From Planctomycetota bacterium (GTDB lineage: Bacteria; Planctomycetota; UBA1135; UBA2386), in assembly GCA_016794425.1 (NCBI GenBank), contig JAEUHR010000042.1, positions 144,749 to 208,748 of the forward strand: a stretch of 64,000 nt of DNA, given 5' to 3'. The first letter of the stretch is position 1; every line of letters starts with the position of its first letter. Below the pieces are notes generated by a model, which was not told the DNA's origin, did no database searches, and saw only the letters and a list, made by a program, of their open reading frames with translations. The position numbers and the translations under genes are program-made. This document shows, piece by piece, positions 43,483-53,729 of this stretch.

Positions 43483-43598
43483 GTGTGCCGGCACGGGCAG
43501 CTGGCGCTCGCCGGCCGTAGCGCGCACTGGATTCCGGCCCGACGACCCCCTTCACTTCCGCTGCCCCGGAGGCGGCGTCGCCTCCACCGAGACATCCG

Positions 43599-44150
43599 AT
43601 GGCAGGCAAGCGAGCGAACAAGCACAAGCAGTCCTCCCCCCTGACGAAGGTGGCCGCGAAGTCGAAGGGCGGCGGCGACCGGCTCGACCAGCTCGAACGG
43701 CTGATCGAACTGATGGTCGCGCGCGACGTCGTCGAGGTCGAACTGGAGGAGCAGGGGGCGCGCTGGCGCGTGCGCCGCACCGAGCCGCACACGGTCGCCT
43801 ACGCCGCGCCGACCGCCATGGCGCCGATGCCGGTGCCGATCGCGGCGCCGCCGGCGGGCGGCGTGCCGGCCGCCGCGGCCGCCGGTCCTGCTGCCGCGGC
43901 GCCCGCGGCCCCGGCGGGGGAGGTGTTCAAGTCGCCGATGCTGGGCACGTTCTACCGCGCCGCATCGCCGGAGGCCGAGCCGTTCTGCAAGGTCGGCGAC
44001 CGCGTGTCGGCCGACCGCACGCTCTGCATCATCGAGGCGATGAAGGTGATGAACGAGATCAAGGCGGAGCGCGAATTCGAGGTCGTCGACATCCTGGTCA
44101 AGAACGGCGAGCCCGTCGAGTTCGGCCAGCCCCTGTTCCTGATCCGCTGA
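43599..44150 (+). CDS. accB: Acetyl-CoA carboxylase biotin carboxyl carrier protein
   Basis: An Ala/Pro linker is followed by SPMLGTFY and the biotinylation motif [11 protein letters not shown]. Confidence 0.92.
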   Translation: MAGKRANKHKQSSPLTKVAAKSKGGGDRLDQLERLIELMVARDVVEVELEEQGARWRVRRTEPHTVAYAAPTAMAPMPVPIAAPPAGGVPAAAAAGPAAAAPAAPAGEVFKSPMLGTFYRAASPEAEPFCKVGDRVSADRTLCIIEAMKVMNEIKAEREFEVVDILVKNGEPVEFGQPLFLIR

Positions 44151-44159
44151 TCCCTGCCG

Positions 44160-45506
44160 ATGTTCCATCGCATCCTGATCGCCAACCGCGGCGAGATCGC
44201 GCTGCGCATCCTGCGGGCGTGCAAGGACCTCGGCATCGAGGCCGTGGCCGTCTACAGCGAGGCCGACAAGGACTCGCTGCACCTGCGCTACGCCGACGAG
44301 ACCATCTGCATCGGGCCGGCGCCGAGCAGCGAGAGCTACCTGAACATCCCGGCGCTGATCGCGGCGGCCGAGATCGCCGACGTCGAGGCGATCCACCCGG
44401 GCTACGGCTTCCTCAGCGAGAACGAGCATTTCGCCGAGGTCTGCCAGAGCTGCAACATCAAGTTCATCGGCCCGAGCCCCAGTGCGATCGCGCAGTGCGG
44501 CGACAAGGTCGCCGCCAAGAAGCTCGCGCGCGAGGCCGGCGTGCCGTGTGTGCCGGGCAGCGACGGGCCGGTCGAGAACGAACAGGACGCGCTGGCGATC
44601 GCGCGCAAGATCGGCTTCCCGGTGCTGGTCAAGGCGGCAGCCGGTGGTGGCGGCCGCGGCATGCGCGTCGCGCACAACGAGCCGAGCCTCGTGACCGGCT
44701 ACCACTCCGCGCGCACCGAAGCCGAGAAGGCGTTCAAGGACTCGACGGTCTACCTCGAGAAGTACATCGAGAAGCCGCGCCACGTCGAGATCCAGATCAT
44801 GGCCGACCAGCACGGCAACGTGGTCTACCTGGGCGAACGCGACTGCTCGCTGCAGCGGCGCCACCAGAAGCTGCTCGAGGAGAGCCCGTGCCCGGTGCTC
44901 GACGAGAAGACGCGCCAGGCGATGGGTGAGGCGGCCGTGCGGCTCGCGAAGGCGGCCAACTACCACTCGGCCGGCACGGTCGAGTTCCTGCTCGACAAGG
45001 ACAAGAACTTCTACTTCATCGAGATCAACTCGCGCATCCAGGTCGAGCACCCGGTCACCGAGATGGTGACCGACACCGACCTGATCCGCGAGATGATCCT
45101 GATCGCCGCCGGCGAGCGGCTGTCGTTCCGCCAGGACCAGATCCGGATGCGCGGCCACGCGATGGAGTTCCGCATCAACGCCGAGGACCCGGACCACAAC
45201 TTCAAGCCGAGCCCCGGCACGATCCGCACGTTCGTGGCGCCGGCCGGGCCGGGCGTGCGGTGGGACAGCCACATCTACCAGGGTTACACGGTGCCGCCGC
45301 ACTACGACTCGATGGTCGGCAAGCTGATCATCCACCGGCACACGCGCAAGCAGACGATCGAGGTCGCGCGGCGCGCGCTGCAGGAGCTGACGCTCGAAGG
45401 CATCACCACGACCGCGGGCCTGTTCCTGCGCATCCTCGACCATTCGGACTTCTGCGCCGGTGAGGTCGACACCGGCTTCATCGACCGCTACTTCACGCCG
45501 CGGTGA
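44160..45506 (+). CDS. accC: Acetyl-CoA carboxylase biotin carboxylase subunit
   Basis: It starts [35 protein letters not shown] and [14 protein letters not shown]-like ([14 protein letters not shown]) motifs are present. The protein is 448 aa. Confidence 0.95.
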   Translation: MFHRILIANRGEIALRILRACKDLGIEAVAVYSEADKDSLHLRYADETICIGPAPSSESYLNIPALIAAAEIADVEAIHPGYGFLSENEHFAEVCQSCNIKFIGPSPSAIAQCGDKVAAKKLAREAGVPCVPGSDGPVENEQDALAIARKIGFPVLVKAAAGGGGRGMRVAHNEPSLVTGYHSARTEAEKAFKDSTVYLEKYIEKPRHVEIQIMADQHGNVVYLGERDCSLQRRHQKLLEESPCPVLDEKTRQAMGEAAVRLAKAANYHSAGTVEFLLDKDKNFYFIEINSRIQVEHPVTEMVTDTDLIREMILIAAGERLSFRQDQIRMRGHAMEFRINAEDPDHNFKPSPGTIRTFVAPAGPGVRWDSHIYQGYTVPPHYDSMVGKLIIHRHTRKQTIEVARRALQELTLEGITTTAGLFLRILDHSDFCAGEVDTGFIDRYFTPR

Positions 45507-46189
45507 TGGGCGCCACGCGGCACCGCGTCGCCGGCCGACTGCTGCTCGTGACGAACCTCGTCGTCGCGAACCTCGCGGCGGCCGTCTACGTGGTGCTGTT
45601 CGTGCAGCCGGGCGCGCTCGGCGGCGTCGATCCGGCGCCGATCGCCGCCATGTTCGGCAGCGCGCGGCTGGCGATCGTGCCGCTGCACACGGCGCTGGCG
45701 TGGCTGTTGATGCTCGGTGGCGTGGTGTTGCTGGTCGCGAACTTCGCCTGGCTGGTGCGGCGCCGCGAGCAGCCGATGCCGAGCAACTGGGTGCTCAGTG
45801 CGACGCCGTCGGGGCCGGTGCGGATCTCGCGTGAGGCGCTCGAGTCGGGCCTGCAGAAGGCCGGCGAAGCGCTGCCGGAGATCACGCGGCTGCGCACAGC
45901 GGTGGTCACCGCACCCAAACGCGTGCAGGTGACGGCGTTCTTCCAGTGTGCCGAGGGGGCCGGCAACCTCGCCGCCAGCCAGCGGCTGCGCCAGGTCCTG
46001 ACCGAACGCTTCGGTGCGATGGTGCAGCTCGCCGATGGGGCCCGCGTGGAGTTCGAGTTCGAGTTCCAGGGCTTCGCCGGCAAGCTCGGCAAGAAGGGCG
46101 TCGACCTGACGCCGCCGCCGGAGGCACCGGAGCCGCCGTTCACCGGACCGCGCTACCCGATCGACGACGACGGCGGGGGGACCTCGTGA
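45503..46189 (+). CDS. Hypothetical membrane protein (2-3 predicted helices)
   Basis: The start (GTG 45503 or ATG 45506) overlaps the accC stop. The hydrophobic N-terminal half is followed by a soluble C-terminal half. I cannot assert a confident family. Confidence 0.55.
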   Translation: MMGATRHRVAGRLLLVTNLVVANLAAAVYVVLFVQPGALGGVDPAPIAAMFGSARLAIVPLHTALAWLLMLGGVVLLVANFAWLVRRREQPMPSNWVLSATPSGPVRISREALESGLQKAGEALPEITRLRTAVVTAPKRVQVTAFFQCAEGAGNLAASQRLRQVLTERFGAMVQLADGARVEFEFEFQGFAGKLGKKGVDLTPPPEAPEPPFTGPRYPIDDDGGGTS

Positions 46190-47238
46190 CGCTGCGTGTC
46201 GGCGTGATGACCGGCGGCGGCGACGCCCCCGGACTCAACGCGGCGATCTGTGGTCTCGGCCGCCGGCTGATCGCGGCCGGCGCCGAGCTGATCGGCTTCG
46301 AGGACGGCTGGCGCGGCCTGATCCAGGACCGCACGCGGTCGCTGCAGGACGCGAACCTGCAGCACCTCTTGGTCTACGGCGGCACGCTGCTCGGCAGCAG
46401 CGGCGACAACCCGTACCGCAAGCCGGCCGAGATGGTGCCGAAGGTGCTGGCGACCGTGGCGCGGCACCGGCTCGACGCGCTGGTCGCGATCGGCGGCGAA
46501 GGCACGCTCGGCGCCGCCGACCGGTTGTTCCGCGAGCACGCGCTGCCGGTCGTCGGCGTGCCGAAGACGATCGACAACGATCTGGCCGGCACCGACTTCA
46601 CGTTCGGCTTCTTCTCGGCGGTCGAGGTCGCGACGCGGGCGATGGACGACCTGCGCAGCACTGCCGAGTCGCACGGCCGCGTCATGGTGGTGGAGTGCAT
46701 GGGCCGCCACGCCGGCTGGATCACGGCCTACGCGGGCGTCGCGGCCGGCGCCGAAGGCATCCTGGTGCCGGAACGGCCGGCCCACGTCGAAGAACTGTGC
46801 GACCGGCTGGTCCGCCTGCGCCAGAGCGGCGCCAAGTCCGCGATCGTCGCCGCTGCCGAGGGCGCCCGCGTGTTCGAGGGCGGCACCTGCCTGTCGTCGA
46901 GCGAACGCGACGAGTTCGGCGAGTACAAGACCGGCGGCACCGCGGCGCTGCTGGCGCAGCGGATCCAGGCGCGGATCGGCTGGGAGGCGCGGCACCTGGT
47001 GCTGGGGCACCTGCAGCGGGCCGGCCGGCCGATCGCGTTCGATCGCATCTTCGCGCTGCGGCTCGGTGCGCGCACCGCCCGACTGGTGCTCGAACGCCGC
47101 TTCGGGTACATGGCGGCGATGCGCGCGGGTGAGATCATCGAAGTGCCGCTGCAGGAGGCCGTCGCCGAGCGCAAGGTGCTGTCGGCGCAGTTCCTCGACC
47201 GCTACGAGTCGTTCTTCCTGCCGATCGGAGGCCTGTGA
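46186..47238 (+). CDS. pfkA: 6-phosphofructokinase (ATP-type signature)
   Basis: GTG 46186 overlaps the upstream stop (GTGA). [33 protein letters not shown] and MGRHAGW are present. Confidence 0.9.
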   Translation: MTLRVGVMTGGGDAPGLNAAICGLGRRLIAAGAELIGFEDGWRGLIQDRTRSLQDANLQHLLVYGGTLLGSSGDNPYRKPAEMVPKVLATVARHRLDALVAIGGEGTLGAADRLFREHALPVVGVPKTIDNDLAGTDFTFGFFSAVEVATRAMDDLRSTAESHGRVMVVECMGRHAGWITAYAGVAAGAEGILVPERPAHVEELCDRLVRLRQSGAKSAIVAAAEGARVFEGGTCLSSSERDEFGEYKTGGTAALLAQRIQARIGWEARHLVLGHLQRAGRPIAFDRIFALRLGARTARLVLERRFGYMAAMRAGEIIEVPLQEAVAERKVLSAQFLDRYESFFLPIGGL

Positions 47239-48383
47239 ACGACGGTCGGCGCTGCTGCGGAGCCGTCGCGCGCACCGCGTTGGCCGTGCTGGTCGCCGCC
47301 GCTGCGGGCGCGGCGCAGCAGGGCAGCGGCGATCCAGCGCGACCGCAGCCGCCCGAACGCACCGGCCGGCCGGACCCGTTCCTGCAGCCCAACCAGCCGC
47401 AGCAGCCGCGCGACCCGCTGGACCCGGTCTGGGGCACGCTGCCGCGGCCGTCGTTCGACGGCTTCCCGGTGTTCCCGTCGCGCCTGTCGGGCTACGGCGG
47501 CTACCCGCAGCCGGCGCGCCCGCTGCAACCGGGGCAGTTGCCGACCGTGCAGTTCCCGCCGGGCCTGATGCCGCTGCTGCCGGTCGCGGCGCCGGAGCCG
47601 CCGGGCTGGCCGGCGTGGGTCCGGCTGGCCGAGCGGGAGCCGCTGCCGTTCGCACCGGACCGCGCGCTGCTGGTGCAGAACTCGGATCGCGTCTGGTGGC
47701 GCGGCACCACCGACGAGCCGTTCGTACCGCTGTTCTTCCACGACAAGCTGCGCGCGCTCGAACCTGGCGCCGAGGTCGAAGTGCGCCAGAGCGGCGAGTT
47801 CGAACTGCTGCTGCACACGAGCAGCCGGGTCGTCGCGACCGGTCCGACCGAGCTGCGGCTCGTCGCGATGGACGCGGGCCACGTCGAACTGGACCTGCGG
47901 TCGTTCACGCGGCTGCGCGTGCAGGCCCGCGACCGCGACCACGTGCTGCGGCTGCCCGATGGCTCGCGGCTCGAAGCCGCGGCGCCGGCGCCGGACGAGG
48001 CCGCGCCCGGCCCGGTGCTGCTGCTGTTGCAGCGCGCCGACGAACCGAGCCGTTACGGCGGCCGCGCGACGATCTTCAACATCGGCGCACGGCCCGTGCG
48101 CTGGGTGCACGCGTTCGGTACCACCACGCTCGAACCCGACCACCGCGTCACGATGTTCCTGCGGCCGCCCGCCATCGCGGTGGGCGCCGGTCTCGCCGAA
48201 CTCGGCGGCCGCGCCGAGCCGACCAGCGGCGGGCGCGCGCTCGACTTCCGCGGCGCCGACGACGCCGAACTTTCCTGGTGCGGCGCGCGGTTCCAGGTCG
48301 GCGCCGGCAGCGTGCTGCGGCTCGACGCCGGCCAGGGTGCGCCCTTCGCACCGATCCCTCTCACCTCGAACGACACCCCATGA
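47235..48383 (+). CDS. Hypothetical secreted Pro-rich protein
   Basis: GTG 47235 overlaps the pfkA stop (GTGA). The signal-peptide-like N-terminus is [29 protein letters not shown] Pro/Gln-rich linker is followed by a probable beta-rich C-terminal domain. I recognise no domain. Confidence 0.55.
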   Translation: MNDGRRCCGAVARTALAVLVAAAAGAAQQGSGDPARPQPPERTGRPDPFLQPNQPQQPRDPLDPVWGTLPRPSFDGFPVFPSRLSGYGGYPQPARPLQPGQLPTVQFPPGLMPLLPVAAPEPPGWPAWVRLAEREPLPFAPDRALLVQNSDRVWWRGTTDEPFVPLFFHDKLRALEPGAEVEVRQSGEFELLLHTSSRVVATGPTELRLVAMDAGHVELDLRSFTRLRVQARDRDHVLRLPDGSRLEAAAPAPDEAAPGPVLLLLQRADEPSRYGGRATIFNIGARPVRWVHAFGTTTLEPDHRVTMFLRPPAIAVGAGLAELGGRAEPTSGGRALDFRGADDAELSWCGARFQVGAGSVLRLDAGQGAPFAPIPLTSNDTP

Positions 48384-49333
48384 AGGAAAAGCCTCGTGCA
48401 CTCGTGACCGGCGGCGCCGGTTTCATCGGTTCCCATCTCTGCGAACGCCTGCTGGCCGACGGCTGCCAGGTGATCGCGATGGACAACCTGATCACCGGCG
48501 CGCTGTCGAACATCGAGCACCTGTTCGGCAACCCGGACTTCGTGTTCCACCACCAGGACGTCACGAACTTCATCCACGTCTCGGGCCGGCTCGACTACAT
48601 CCTGCACTTCGCGTCGCCGGCGAGCCCGATCGACTACCTGGAGCTGCCGATCCAGACGCTGAAGGTCGGCGCGCTGGGCACGCACAAGGCGCTCGGTCTC
48701 GCGAAGGCCAAGGGCGCACGGTTGCTGCTGGCCAGCACCAGCGAGGTCTACGGCGATCCGCTCGTGCACCCGCAGCGCGAGGACTACTGGGGCAACGTCA
48801 ACCCGGTCGGGCCACGCGGCGTCTACGACGAGGCCAAGCGCTTCGCCGAGGCGATGACGATGGCCTACCAGCGCACGCACGGCGTCGAGACCCGGATCGT
48901 GCGCATCTTCAACACCTACGGACCGCGCATGCGGCTCAACGACGGCCGCGTGCTGCCGGCGTTCATGAGCCAGGCGCTGGCCGGGCGGCCGCTGACCGTG
49001 TTCGGCGACGGCTCGCAGACGCGCAGCTTCTGCTACGTCGACGACCTGGTCGAAGGCATCCTGCGGCTGTTGCGCAGCGACGAGAAGGAACCGGTCAACA
49101 TCGGCAACCCGCGCGAGATGACGATCCTGCAGTTCGGGGAAGCCGTGCAGAAGGCGACCGGCTCGAAGGTGCCGATCGAGTTCCGGCCGCTGCCGGTCGA
49201 CGACCCGAAGGTGCGGCGCCCCGACATCGGCAAGGCGCAGCGCGTGCTCGGCGGCTGGGAGCCGAAGGTCGCGCTCGAAGAGGGCCTGCGGCGCACGACC
49301 GAGTACTTCCGCAAGAAGCTCGCGAAGGGCTGA
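48380..49333 (+). CDS. UDP-glucuronate decarboxylase (UDP-xylose synthase)-type extended SDR
   Basis: [21 protein letters not shown] and YDEAKR are present. Similarity to the UXS/ArnA C-terminal domain type is strong overall. The ATG overlaps the upstream stop (ATGA). Confidence 0.88.
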   Translation: MKEKPRALVTGGAGFIGSHLCERLLADGCQVIAMDNLITGALSNIEHLFGNPDFVFHHQDVTNFIHVSGRLDYILHFASPASPIDYLELPIQTLKVGALGTHKALGLAKAKGARLLLASTSEVYGDPLVHPQREDYWGNVNPVGPRGVYDEAKRFAEAMTMAYQRTHGVETRIVRIFNTYGPRMRLNDGRVLPAFMSQALAGRPLTVFGDGSQTRSFCYVDDLVEGILRLLRSDEKEPVNIGNPREMTILQFGEAVQKATGSKVPIEFRPLPVDDPKVRRPDIGKAQRVLGGWEPKVALEEGLRRTTEYFRKKLAKG

Positions 49334-49339
49334 GCGCCG

Positions 49340-50302
49340 GTGCGCGCCGCCGACACCGCCGCCGCGGTCGGGGCCGCTGCCGCGCGTCTGCGCGACCGGG
49401 TGGTCCGCACGCCGCTGGTGCCGAGCCCGTGGCTGTCCGCCGCGACCGGCGCCGAGGTGCGCTGCAAGCTCGAGAACGTGCAGCGGACCGGTTCGTTCAA
49501 GCTGCGTGGGGCGCTGCACGCGCTGCTGCAGCTCGAACCGGTCGCCCGCGCGCACGGCGTCGTCGCCGCGTCGTCGGGCAACCACGGCCTGGGCCTCGCG
49601 ACCGCCGCCGCGGAGCTCGGCGTGCCGGCGCACGTCTGCGTGCCGAACGCGACCGCCGCGGCCAAGGTGGCCGCGATCGAACGCGCCGGCGCGCGCGTCG
49701 AGCGCCACGGCGACGACTGCGTCGACACCGAACGCCACGCGCGCGCGCTGGCTGCGGCCACCGGTCGCGCCTACGTGTCGCCGTACAACGACCCGAACGT
49801 GGTCGCCGGCCAGGGCACCGTCGCGGTCGAGCTGCTCGAGCAGTGGCCGGCGGTCGAGGTGGTCTACGTCGCGGTCGGCGGCGGCGGTCTGATCGGCGGC
49901 ATGGCGGCGTGGGCGAAGTCGGTGCGGCCCGGCCTCGAGTTCGTCGGCTGTTCGCCGCTGGCGTCGCCGGCGATGGTGCAGTGCGTGCGGCGCGGCGCGA
50001 TCGTCGACGTGCCGTGCACCGACACGCTGTCCGACAGCACGGCCGGCGGCGTCGAACCCGGGGCGATCACGTTCGCCTTGTGCCGCGACCTGGTCGACCG
50101 CTGGCTCGACGTCGACGAGCCGGCGATCGGCCGCGCGCTGGTCGACACGCTCGAGCACCAGCACCTGCTGGTCGAAGGCGCCGCCGCGGTCGCGGTTGCG
50201 GCGTGCCGCCAGGACGCGGCGCTGCGCGGGCGCCGCGCGGCGATCGTGCTCTGCGGCGGCAACCTGCCGCTGGCCGTGCTGCGCCGGCTGCTGTGCGGCT
50301 GA
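49340..50302 (+). CDS. Fold-type II PLP enzyme, serine/threonine dehydratase (or racemase)-like
   Basis: The PLP-lysine motif GSFKLRGA, SSGNHG and the Gly loop GGGGLIGG are present. The protein is 320 aa with a GTG start. Confidence 0.85.
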   Translation: MRAADTAAAVGAAAARLRDRVVRTPLVPSPWLSAATGAEVRCKLENVQRTGSFKLRGALHALLQLEPVARAHGVVAASSGNHGLGLATAAAELGVPAHVCVPNATAAAKVAAIERAGARVERHGDDCVDTERHARALAAATGRAYVSPYNDPNVVAGQGTVAVELLEQWPAVEVVYVAVGGGGLIGGMAAWAKSVRPGLEFVGCSPLASPAMVQCVRRGAIVDVPCTDTLSDSTAGGVEPGAITFALCRDLVDRWLDVDEPAIGRALVDTLEHQHLLVEGAAAVAVAACRQDAALRGRRAAIVLCGGNLPLAVLRRLLCG

Positions 50303-50375
50303 GCCCGTTCAAGTCGCCGCGGCGCCGCCACCGATAGGCCGATGGCAACGGTCCCTCGTGGGGCCGGGCGTCGGC

Positions 50376-51656
50376 ATGGCATCGGATCGACTGCACGAAG
50401 GGGACTCGGGGTTCACGGCGATGGTGCTCGCCGGCGGACTCGGCACGCGGCTGCGGCCGGCGCTCGGCGATCGGCCGAAGGCGCTGGCGCCGGTCGACGG
50501 CGAGCCGTTCTTGCTGCACGTGCTCGACCAGCTCGCCGCCGCGGGTTGCCGGCGCGCGATCCTGTGCACCGGCCACCTGGCCGAGGCGATCGAACGCGAG
50601 TTCGGCGGTGACCACGACGGCATGGAACTCGTGCACTCGCGCGAGCCGCGTCCGCTCGGCACCGCCGGCGCGCTGCGCCGGGCGCTGCCGCGGCTCGGCG
50701 AGCCCGGCGTGCTGGTCGTGAACGGCGACTCGTACGTCGACCTCGATCTGCGGCAGTTCGTCGCCTGGGCGCGCACGCAGCCGAACGTGCCGGCGCTGGT
50801 CGCGGTCACGGTGCCCGACGCCGGTCGCTACGGCGCCGTGCAGTGCGATGCCGACGACCGCGTGACCGCGTTCGGCGAGAAGTCGGCGCGCGGGCCCGGC
50901 GCGATCAACGCCGGCGTCTACTGGCTGCCGGCGCGCGTGCTGGCGCTGCTGCCGCCGGACACGCCGTGCTCGCTCGAGCGCGAAGTGCTGCCGGTGCTGG
51001 TCGGCAGCGGCCTGCGCGCGTTCCGCTGCGAGGCGCCGTTCCTGGACATCGGCGTGCCCGAGGCCTGGGCCGCGGCCGGCGCGTTCTTCGCCGCCTGTGC
51101 GCGGCGCCGCACGCGGGCGCCCTCCGCCGGGTTGCTGGTCGTCGACCGCGACGGCACGTTGATCGACGAACGGCACTACCTGGCCGATCCGGCCGGCGTG
51201 CAGCTGCTGCCCGGCGTCGTCGACGGGCTGCGTGCGTTCGCGGCCAACGGCTACCGGATCGCAGTGGTCACGAACCAGTCCGGCATCGGCCGCGGTTACT
51301 TCGACGAGGCGGCCCTGCAGGCGGTGCACGCCGAGCTGTGCCGCCAGCTCGCGGCGCACGGCGTCGTGCTCGACGGCATCTGGCACTGCCCGCACCGGCC
51401 CGACGAGGGCTGTCGCTGTCGCAAGCCGAACCCGCAGCTGCTCGAGCACGCGCTCGGCGAACTCGGGGTGCCGCGCGAACGGTGCCTCGTGGTCGGCGAC
51501 AAGGCCTGCGACATCGACCTCGGCACGCGGCTCGGCGTGCGCACCGCGCTGGTGCGCACCGGCTACGGCACCGGCACCGAGCGCGACGGACTGTGTGCGC
51601 CCGACGTGGTCGTCGACTCCCTGTTCGAACTGGCGCAGCGGGAGGTGCTCGCGTGA
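50376..51656 (+). CDS. Fusion: sugar-1-phosphate nucleotidyltransferase (HddC-like) plus D,D-heptose 1,7-bisphosphate phosphatase (GmhB, HAD-IIIA)
   Basis: The N-terminal VLAGGLGTRLRP matches the NTP_transferase signature. The C-terminal has VVDRDGTLI, TNQSGIGRGYF, CPHRPDEGCRCRKPNP (the GmhB zinc/Cys motif) and VVGDKACD. Confidence 0.8.
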   Translation: MASDRLHEGDSGFTAMVLAGGLGTRLRPALGDRPKALAPVDGEPFLLHVLDQLAAAGCRRAILCTGHLAEAIEREFGGDHDGMELVHSREPRPLGTAGALRRALPRLGEPGVLVVNGDSYVDLDLRQFVAWARTQPNVPALVAVTVPDAGRYGAVQCDADDRVTAFGEKSARGPGAINAGVYWLPARVLALLPPDTPCSLEREVLPVLVGSGLRAFRCEAPFLDIGVPEAWAAAGAFFAACARRRTRAPSAGLLVVDRDGTLIDERHYLADPAGVQLLPGVVDGLRAFAANGYRIAVVTNQSGIGRGYFDEAALQAVHAELCRQLAAHGVVLDGIWHCPHRPDEGCRCRKPNPQLLEHALGELGVPRERCLVVGDKACDIDLGTRLGVRTALVRTGYGTGTERDGLCAPDVVVDSLFELAQREVLA

Positions 51657-52777
51657 TCGTCAGCCGTACCCCGTTCCGGATCTCGTTCTTCGGCGGCGGC
51701 ACCGACTACCCCGAGTGGTACCTGACGCACGGCGGCGCGGTGCTGTCGACGACGATCGACAAGTACTGCTACCTGAGCTGCCGCTACCTGCCGCCGTTCT
51801 TCGACTATCGCTATCGGGTCGTCTGGTCGAAGGTCGAGAACTGCCGCACGCTGGCCGAGATCGAGCACCCGGTCGTGCGCGTGCTGCTGGGCCACCTCGG
51901 CATCGAACGCGGCCTCGAAGTGCACCACGTCGGTGACCTGCCGGCGCGCAGCGGCATGGGCTCCAGTTCGGCCTTCACGGTCGGGCTGCTGCACGCGCTG
52001 TACGCGCTGCAGGGCCGCATGGTCGGCAAGCAGGAGCTGATGCGCGAGGCGATCCACGCCGAGCAGGTGCTGCTGCGCGAGACCGTCGGGTCGCAGGACC
52101 AGGTGGCGGCCGCGTTCGGCGGCTTCAACCGGATCGGCTTCGCGCCGGGCGGCCAGATCACCGTGACGCCGGTCGTGCTGCGGCCGGGCCGCGTCGAAGA
52201 GCTCGACCGGCACCTGATGCTGTTCTACACCGGCATCGTGCGCACCGCGTCGAAGGTCGCGGCCGGCTACGTGACCGACCTCGTGCACAAGCGGCGCCAG
52301 CTGCGCATCCTGCGCGACCTCGTCGACGAGAGCATCGAACTGCTGGCCAGCGACCGCTCGATCGCGGGCTTCGGCGACCTGCTCGACGAGGCGTGGGCGC
52401 AGAAGCGCAGCATCGCGCGCGGCATCAGCACCGACGAGGTCGACGACGTCTACGCGCGTGCGCGCGGAGCCGGCGCGCTCGGCGGCAAGATCACCGGCGC
52501 CGGCGGCGGCGGCTTCCTGCTGCTGTTCGTGCCGCCCGAACGCCAGGCCGCGGTCGCGGCCGCGCTGCCCGAACTGGTGCACGTGCCGTTCCGGTTCGAA
52601 TCGTCGGGCAGCCAGATCATCTTCTACGACCGCGAGGAGGACTTCTCGTCGGTCGAGGCCGCGCAGCGCGGTCGCCCGATCGCCGCGTTCCGTGAGGCGG
52701 ACGCGCCGGGCGCAGTGCTGCCGTGGCCGATCCCGTACCCGCGTACCCCCGAACCGGCCGCCCCGGGCCAGCCCTGA
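51653..52777 (+). CDS. GHMP-family sugar kinase, D-glycero-alpha-D-manno-heptose-7-phosphate kinase (HddA)-like
   Basis: GTG 51653 overlaps the upstream stop (GTGA). It starts SRTPFRISFFGGGTDYPEW and has the GHMP motif PARSGMGSSSAF and KITGAGGGGF. Confidence 0.8.
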   Translation: MIVSRTPFRISFFGGGTDYPEWYLTHGGAVLSTTIDKYCYLSCRYLPPFFDYRYRVVWSKVENCRTLAEIEHPVVRVLLGHLGIERGLEVHHVGDLPARSGMGSSSAFTVGLLHALYALQGRMVGKQELMREAIHAEQVLLRETVGSQDQVAAAFGGFNRIGFAPGGQITVTPVVLRPGRVEELDRHLMLFYTGIVRTASKVAAGYVTDLVHKRRQLRILRDLVDESIELLASDRSIAGFGDLLDEAWAQKRSIARGISTDEVDDVYARARGAGALGGKITGAGGGGFLLLFVPPERQAAVAAALPELVHVPFRFESSGSQIIFYDREEDFSSVEAAQRGRPIAAFREADAPGAVLPWPIPYPRTPEPAAPGQP

Positions 52778-52779
52778 CC

Positions 52780-53727
52780 ATGACCCGAACCACGACCATC
52801 GACCGCGCCGACGTCACGTGGCTGCTGCGCCGCATGCGCCTGATCCGTCAGGCCAGCGAACGCATCGCCAGGCTCTACCCGACCGACGTGATGGAGACGC
52901 CGGTGCACCTGTGCATCGGCCAGGAAGCCGTCCCGGTCGGCCTGTGCCGGCACCTGCGCGACGACGACAAGCTGTTCCTGGGCCACCGCACGCACGGCCC
53001 CGCGCTCGCGAAGGGTCTGCCGCTGCCGAAGCTGATGGCGGAGCTGTACGGCCGCACGACCGGCTGCTCGCACGGCTACGGCGGCTCGATGCACGTGATC
53101 GACCTCGAACACGGGCTGCCCGGCAGTTCGGCGATCGTCGGCGGCAGCATCGCGCTCGGCGTCGGGGCCGGCCTCGCCGCGAAGCTGACCGGCGCCAGCT
53201 GGATCGGTGTGTCGTACTTCGGCGACGCGGCGACCAACGCCGGCGTGTTCTACGAGAGCCTGAACTTCGCCGCGCTGCGCCGGCTGCCGGTGCTGTTCCT
53301 GTGCGAGGACAACGGCTGGTCGAACGTGATGCCGAAGAGCGCACACTCGGCGCACGACATCACCGGCGTGGCGGAGCAGATGATGCCGGTGCTGCAGGCC
53401 GACGGCACCGACGCGCTGTCGGTCTACGAGCACGCCGGCCACGCCGTCGAACGCATCCGCGGCGGCGGCGGCCCGATGCTGCTGCACTGCCGCACCAAGC
53501 GCTGGATGAAGCACCAGGGGCCGGAGCGCTGCGACCTGGCCGCGAACCACATCGACCCCGAGCGCGACTGCCCGATCGTCAGGCTCGAAACGTGGGCACA
53601 GCGCAGCGGCATGCTGGGCGCCGACGAGTGCACCGCGATCACGGCCGAGATCGAACGCGAGATCGACGCGGCGATCGCGTTCGCCGAGGCGTCGCCGTTT
53701 CCGCAGCCCGAACTGGTGGAGGTCTGA
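52780..53727 (+). CDS. Thiamine-diphosphate-dependent 2-oxoacid dehydrogenase E1 component, alpha subunit-like
   Basis: The TPP-binding motif is GDAATNAGVFYESLNFAALRRLPVLFLCEDNGW. The start is ATG 52780, 2 nt after the upstream stop. Confidence 0.85.
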   Translation: MTRTTTIDRADVTWLLRRMRLIRQASERIARLYPTDVMETPVHLCIGQEAVPVGLCRHLRDDDKLFLGHRTHGPALAKGLPLPKLMAELYGRTTGCSHGYGGSMHVIDLEHGLPGSSAIVGGSIALGVGAGLAAKLTGASWIGVSYFGDAATNAGVFYESLNFAALRRLPVLFLCEDNGWSNVMPKSAHSAHDITGVAEQMMPVLQADGTDALSVYEHAGHAVERIRGGGGPMLLHCRTKRWMKHQGPERCDLAANHIDPERDCPIVRLETWAQRSGMLGADECTAITAEIEREIDAAIAFAEASPFPQPELVEV

Positions 53728-53729
53728 CC

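Noticed and set aside
43568-43585. Hairpin ggaggcg-gcgt-cgcctcc just upstream of accB as a translational regulator
   Set aside because: It is a real 7-bp stem. However, the GGAGG arm is 27 nt from the ATG, too far to be the functional SD. It may simply be the asd terminator. There is not enough evidence for a regulatory call.
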